Shown: piece by piece, positions 60,101-64,000 of the stretch | How positions within the stretch are numbered: position 1 is the first letter of the stretch | Layout: the number at the start of each line of letters is the position of its first letter | Assembly: GCA_040954595.2 (NCBI GenBank) | Contig: CM082596.2 | Span: 5,654,791 to 5,718,790, forward strand | DNA length: 64,000 nucleotides | Reading direction: 5' to 3' | Origin: Balanoglossus misakiensis | Lineage: Eukaryota; Animalia; Hemichordata | The notes under the pieces: generated by a model | Seen by the model: the letters and a program-made list of their open reading frames with translations, nothing else | Databases searched by the model: none | Told to the model about the DNA's origin: nothing | Program-made: the position numbers and the translations under genes

Positions 60101-61302
60101 TTCAGAACTTATCTTACTGAAATATTAGCCAAAAGCGAAAACCTCCTGTATTGTTTCCAAGGAAAAATGTGCTATTTCACTACGTAAGTTTTGGGATGAT
60201 TGTTACTTGAGAAAAATTGCTTCCGAGAAATCTGGTCAGGTTTTTTTTGTTAGAAATGTTTGTATGACATTAGAGTATACTTTTGCCTGGTATCTCTGTA
60301 GAGGCAAGACTTCACTACATATAAATCACAACGTTTTACTATTGTGCAATTATCATGTTGATTTGATCAGGTAGCATGCATTGAAAAGCCATTCAGTGTA
60401 TCGATACTTGAGAGGCTTCCGTTTTGTCTCTGCAGGTATATCACTTGCCATGCAGTCAGTACTTAGGCAGATTCCCATAGCTGTCCTGTTTGGCGTGTTC
60501 CTGTACATGGGAGTGACGTCCATCAGTGGGATGCAGTTCTACGAGAGGGTGAAGATGCTGTTTATGCCGGCGAAGAACCACCTGGATGCCCGATTTGTGA
60601 GAAAGGTGAGATGGTTTGTGAATTTTCACAAGGAATTTCTTCATGCTCATGAAAGTCGCACTATTGAATACAGCCATATGTCACAAAGGTATCTAAACCT
60701 TACATTCTTTACTCCCCATATTTTCATAGGTGAAGACATACAGAATGCACATCTTCACCGTAATCCAGTTCTTCTGCCTGGCCACACTGTGGCTGGTGAA
60801 GTCTACTGTTGCCGCCCTGGCTTTCCCCTTTTTCCTAGTTTTGATGGTACCTATCAGGTTTCACGTCCTGACCCGAATATTTACACAGAGGGAGATTGAG
60901 GAGGTGAGTGCAGTTGGTGAAGATGAACTTTGATTTGACCTTATGAACTTTGACCTAAACCTTCTGACTAATCTTTGTCTTGTAACTACAGTTGATGAGT
61001 CAGTCACGTAAAGTTTGACCTGACCCTTACTGGCTTGTGTTTGCCAAAAATGTCAATCACAGTGCAGATATGCTCTTGCTTGTGATGTCACCATGATTGA
61101 TGATTGATAGCAGTTGAATCATAGCATAATAGACCAGTCAGGGAGTCAGACTGTAGTAACAATTAGAGGGGTGAATACAAGTGTCTTGTAGGGATACCAA
61201 TAAAAGATGTACTCTCTCTGTTTTCAGCTTGATAGTGATGAAGCTCACGCTGATGATGATGAAGGATGGGATGCATACAACTTGGCCATGATGCCGTTCT
61301 AG
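45116..61302 (+). CDS. SLC4A2: SLC4 Cl-/HCO3- anion exchanger, AE2/AE3 (band 3)-type, ~1305-1338 aa
   Basis: First coding exon is either 45116-45139 (MASLKHMK) or 47588-47710 (MPFREKK...). Then 48146-48305, 48809-49023, 49480-49545 (possible cassette), 50805-51178, 51423-51484, 52751-52932, 53370-53550, 53895-54030, 54200-54374, 54619-54999, 55166-55361, 55666-55887, 57125-57273, 57777-57971, 58428-58697, 58944-59033, 59182-59348, 59838-60091, 60436-60605, 60730-60903, 61228-61302. Motifs: [92 protein letters not shown] (AE1 E681 equivalent), ATVRSVSH, C-terminal LDSDE...MPF. Likely co-ortholog of SLC4A1/2/3. Confidence 0.93.
48531..48766. mobile_element. piggyBac-like MITE (236 bp)
   Basis: TTAA on both sides (48527-48530, 48767-48770). 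Ends CCCTAATGCT / AGCGTTGGGG form an 8/10 inverted match with CCC..GGG termini. Confidence 0.65.
58102..58285. mobile_element. Degenerate Tc1/pogo-like MITE remnant
   Basis: Starts cagtaaaacc..tgtctaaaccgac and ends ..gttcagttgagacaggtt..ctgt. The inverted similarity is weak. Confidence 0.3.
58827..58912. mobile_element. Diverged copy of the ~90-bp TTAA MITE at 63356, opposite orientation
   Basis: ccctctcaccacc..ggtttggtc...cattgttttctat...gttggacc...gggtgaaagag aligns with the reverse complement of 63356-63444. Confidence 0.65.
59383..59543. repeat. (TCTTG/TGTTG)n pentanucleotide repeat in an SLC4 intron
   Basis: Seen directly. Confidence 0.9.
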
Positions 61303-62994
61303 AGAGGAACTTGTCGCAGCTGACCATTGGTGTTAACTCTGTGCTGCGTGCACTACACTGTTCTCATACCACCACTCTTCTATACTGTGCTGCATATTAA
61401 TCACTGTGTGATGTTGCGTACATATGGTTACATTGTGCCGTGTGGATATGGCTGATCTACCCGTAGCAGCACATATGAAGACTGTACTGCATGTGTATGG
61501 ATGTACTGTTGTGTACATGTGGCTGTACTATGTTGTACGTACTGTATGCGTATGGCTGATTCACATACCAATGCGAGTCAGTAATGTTTTGCATCCATGA
61601 TGGCTGTACTGTGCTGTATTTGGCTGAATATACCTGCACCAACTCAAGCCACAAGTACTGTGCTGCGTATCTGTGGTGTCTGCATATGGCGATTCGGAAC
61701 TACCCACACCAGAATTTGTCTATCACACATGACATCAGGATTCTGAAGTTTGCAAACAGATACATCAGTTAGAATCCAGCCATGCCATGGAACAGCTCAG
61801 CCTAGGACCAGCAGCACTCCAGAAGATATCCCCCAAGGAATGGATGGGTGCTTCTTCCTTCAAGCAGTGTCTCGTCTTTGACGCTGATCCAAATATTTAC
61901 CATGACCGTTTTTTCTCTGTTATGTCCAAGAGACAAGTCAAACTTGATTTAGTTATTTGCTAGTTGTGCGCCGTAGCAGTTTAGTCTTGGCGAGCCACAA
62001 AACGTTTACAACTCTTGAATGTTGTCTGACAACTAAAAATTATTTTGTCACCTTTTCTGGGTGTTATTCGATATTTTGTTGTATAAGGTTATAATTAGGC
62101 TCTAGGCAGCATAATGTGGAGATACATGTAGTGACACATTCTGGGCCCTCCTGTGATATAAGGTTGTATACCCGTGAAAGTTGGCAAGTTCAGGCTTATT
62201 GTACATATACTTTAGTCCTGTGATATTCATTCATACATGTTTACAGAATCAAAATTAATGCATGCCAATTTGCTTATCTGAGAATTCTTTGAATATTTTT
62301 TAGTGTCCTGGTTATTATACCCATGGATAGACATTGCTTGCCAACTCTGCACATACACCCCTAGGGAAATTTTCAGTAGATACCAGTACTCCATAGATAT
62401 TTCTCCAAACCTGTGACAAAAAAACTCAGACAAATTTATTACCAACTCATGGTTGTACATACCGTAATACGATTACCAATCTGAAAATAATAATGCAAAT
62501 CATAACATGCCACAATCTTGTGAAATTTCAATTTCTTTCTGCATATATGGTCTATATTGCAACTCACTATAAAACACTCAAGAGGTTAATATTTTGGAAA
62601 GAGTATATTTTTGTAATTTGCATGAAGTGGGTTAGCCTGGAGTCAACCCAAAATTATGAGATAAGGAAAGGAAAAAAATTTTAGTATAATTTTGTGTTTT
62701 TTTTCGCTGTTTTGGGAATGTGTTTTATAAGGATGTTTTTGGGTTCTCACTTGAAAAATTACACATTCTCTGTAAAACTTTCTCTTTGTAAACAATGTTG
62801 GGGAATTTATTTTGTGGAACTTTAAGTGACTTAACTGCAGTAAATGCATATCTGTACAACTCTCAGTGAAGGCGGATTGTGATATATTGATCATTGTTGT
62901 TTTTGCTTTCTAGAACTGTCTTGTGGCATGGAAACCAGCCGTGGCCACTGTTTCTTTTATTTATTTTTTTACCAATGGCAATGTTGTTGTTGTT

Positions 62995-63026
<32 letters not shown>

Positions 63027-63355
63027 GGGGGGGGGGAGTAAGTGCACTGTTTCTGTTAATTGTTAAATGTGGCAACTTCATCTTTTTTTCCACTTTGTTA
63101 AAAGATGACCCTGGTCCTCATTATGTGCTGTACAAATATTATCATCCATGACTCTTTTGCCTACTTCACCTGCTCTGATGGCAAGTTTCAAGAAATTGCT
63201 GATAGTTATTTACCCATTTCCTCCACACGCAAACTTTCAGAAGAGTGTTAACAATTGTGTTCAAAAAGACATCCCTTTTTTGGTCCTGCTGCAACAGAGA
63301 TGTTGGGATTGCAGAATCCCGAGTATAGAAAATGCAACTGAAAGTCACTGTTTAA

Positions 63356-63444
63356 CCCTTTCACCCCCAGTTCCCTCTATAGAGGTCCACCAACCTTACC
63401 ATTGAAAACATTGGACATTGGACTGAACTGTGGTGGTGAAAGGG
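63356..63444. mobile_element. piggyBac-like MITE (89 bp)
   Basis: TTAA TSD (63352-63355, 63445-63448); TIR CCCTTTCACCCCCA / TGGTGGTGAAAGGG (13/14). Confidence 0.85.
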
Positions 63445-64000
63445 TTAAGCTGTTTCATGTAGATGATAGAATCAGTCCTTTTCGTATTTCGGTCAGTAAT
63501 CATGAGCCATGACACCTCATGCAGATCTTGTAAATACTTTCTCAGTCTCACTTCTCGTTAAGGTAAAACCGTCTTTAAAAAAACATACATTAACTTTAGA
63601 ACTCTGTTTCTTACCTTTTTATATGTATTTATTTATCATTTTCACATTGTCATGGGATATGATGGTTGATCTGAAAACCTAAACTTGAAAACTGAATTTA
63701 CACATCTATAAAAAGCAACCTGCGCACAAGTTGGTCGAATGTGTTGTCAACAGTTCTTTGAAGATTTCTCTCCGATGTTCTTAAATTTTGAGTTAAAGTC
63801 TTTACATTTAATGGAGCGTATTTTTCTCGAACAATGTAATAATCATGGAACGTGGTCATTGCATCATTCTGTACAAATTGTAACAAGCAGCATATTATAT
63901 ATAAATGTCAGTTTAATTTAGAGTTGAATACTATCTTTTGTTACATTGCATTCTGTATTTTTCGCAGTTCATTCAAAGACAGTCATGTCGTATCCTGTTC

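Noticed and set aside
62200-63536. Three TGTANATA Pumilio elements in the putative SLC4 3' UTR
   Set aside because: AT-rich context and unknown UTR end; cannot be distinguished from chance without conservation data.

Overview
Intron-rich genomic DNA from an invertebrate animal. It has one beta-catenin and vertebrate-like NBR1 and AE2/AE3 motifs, so an invertebrate deuterostome such as a hemichordate is plausible, but this is inference only. Five protein-coding genes were reconstructed by hand from GT-AG junctions and reading frames: (1) a minus-strand, single-coding-exon LRR protein with an N-terminal BC-box/Cul2-box-like segment (AMN1/FBXL-like, 554 aa); (2) NBR1 (+, 17 coding exons, ~1074 aa); (3) beta-catenin (+, 14 coding exons, ~882 aa) with an unusual ~80-aa, partly coiled-coil N-terminal extension; (4) PDE12 (-, 7 exons, ~635 aa), tail-to-tail with beta-catenin; (5) an SLC4 AE2/AE3-type anion exchanger (+, two candidate alternative N-terminal exons), head-to-head with PDE12. 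The most notable non-coding signal is three copies of a box C/D snoRNA resembling SNORD49/U49 in beta-catenin introns. Its D' guide can pair with both the 28S U49 target and the 18S SNORD65 target. The window also holds a 1.6-kb PIF/Harbinger-type non-autonomous transposon (64-bp TIRs, TTA TSD), several TTAA-flanked MITEs, palindromes, microsatellites and a probable LINE 3' fragment. Homologies come from memory of the families, not from database searches.
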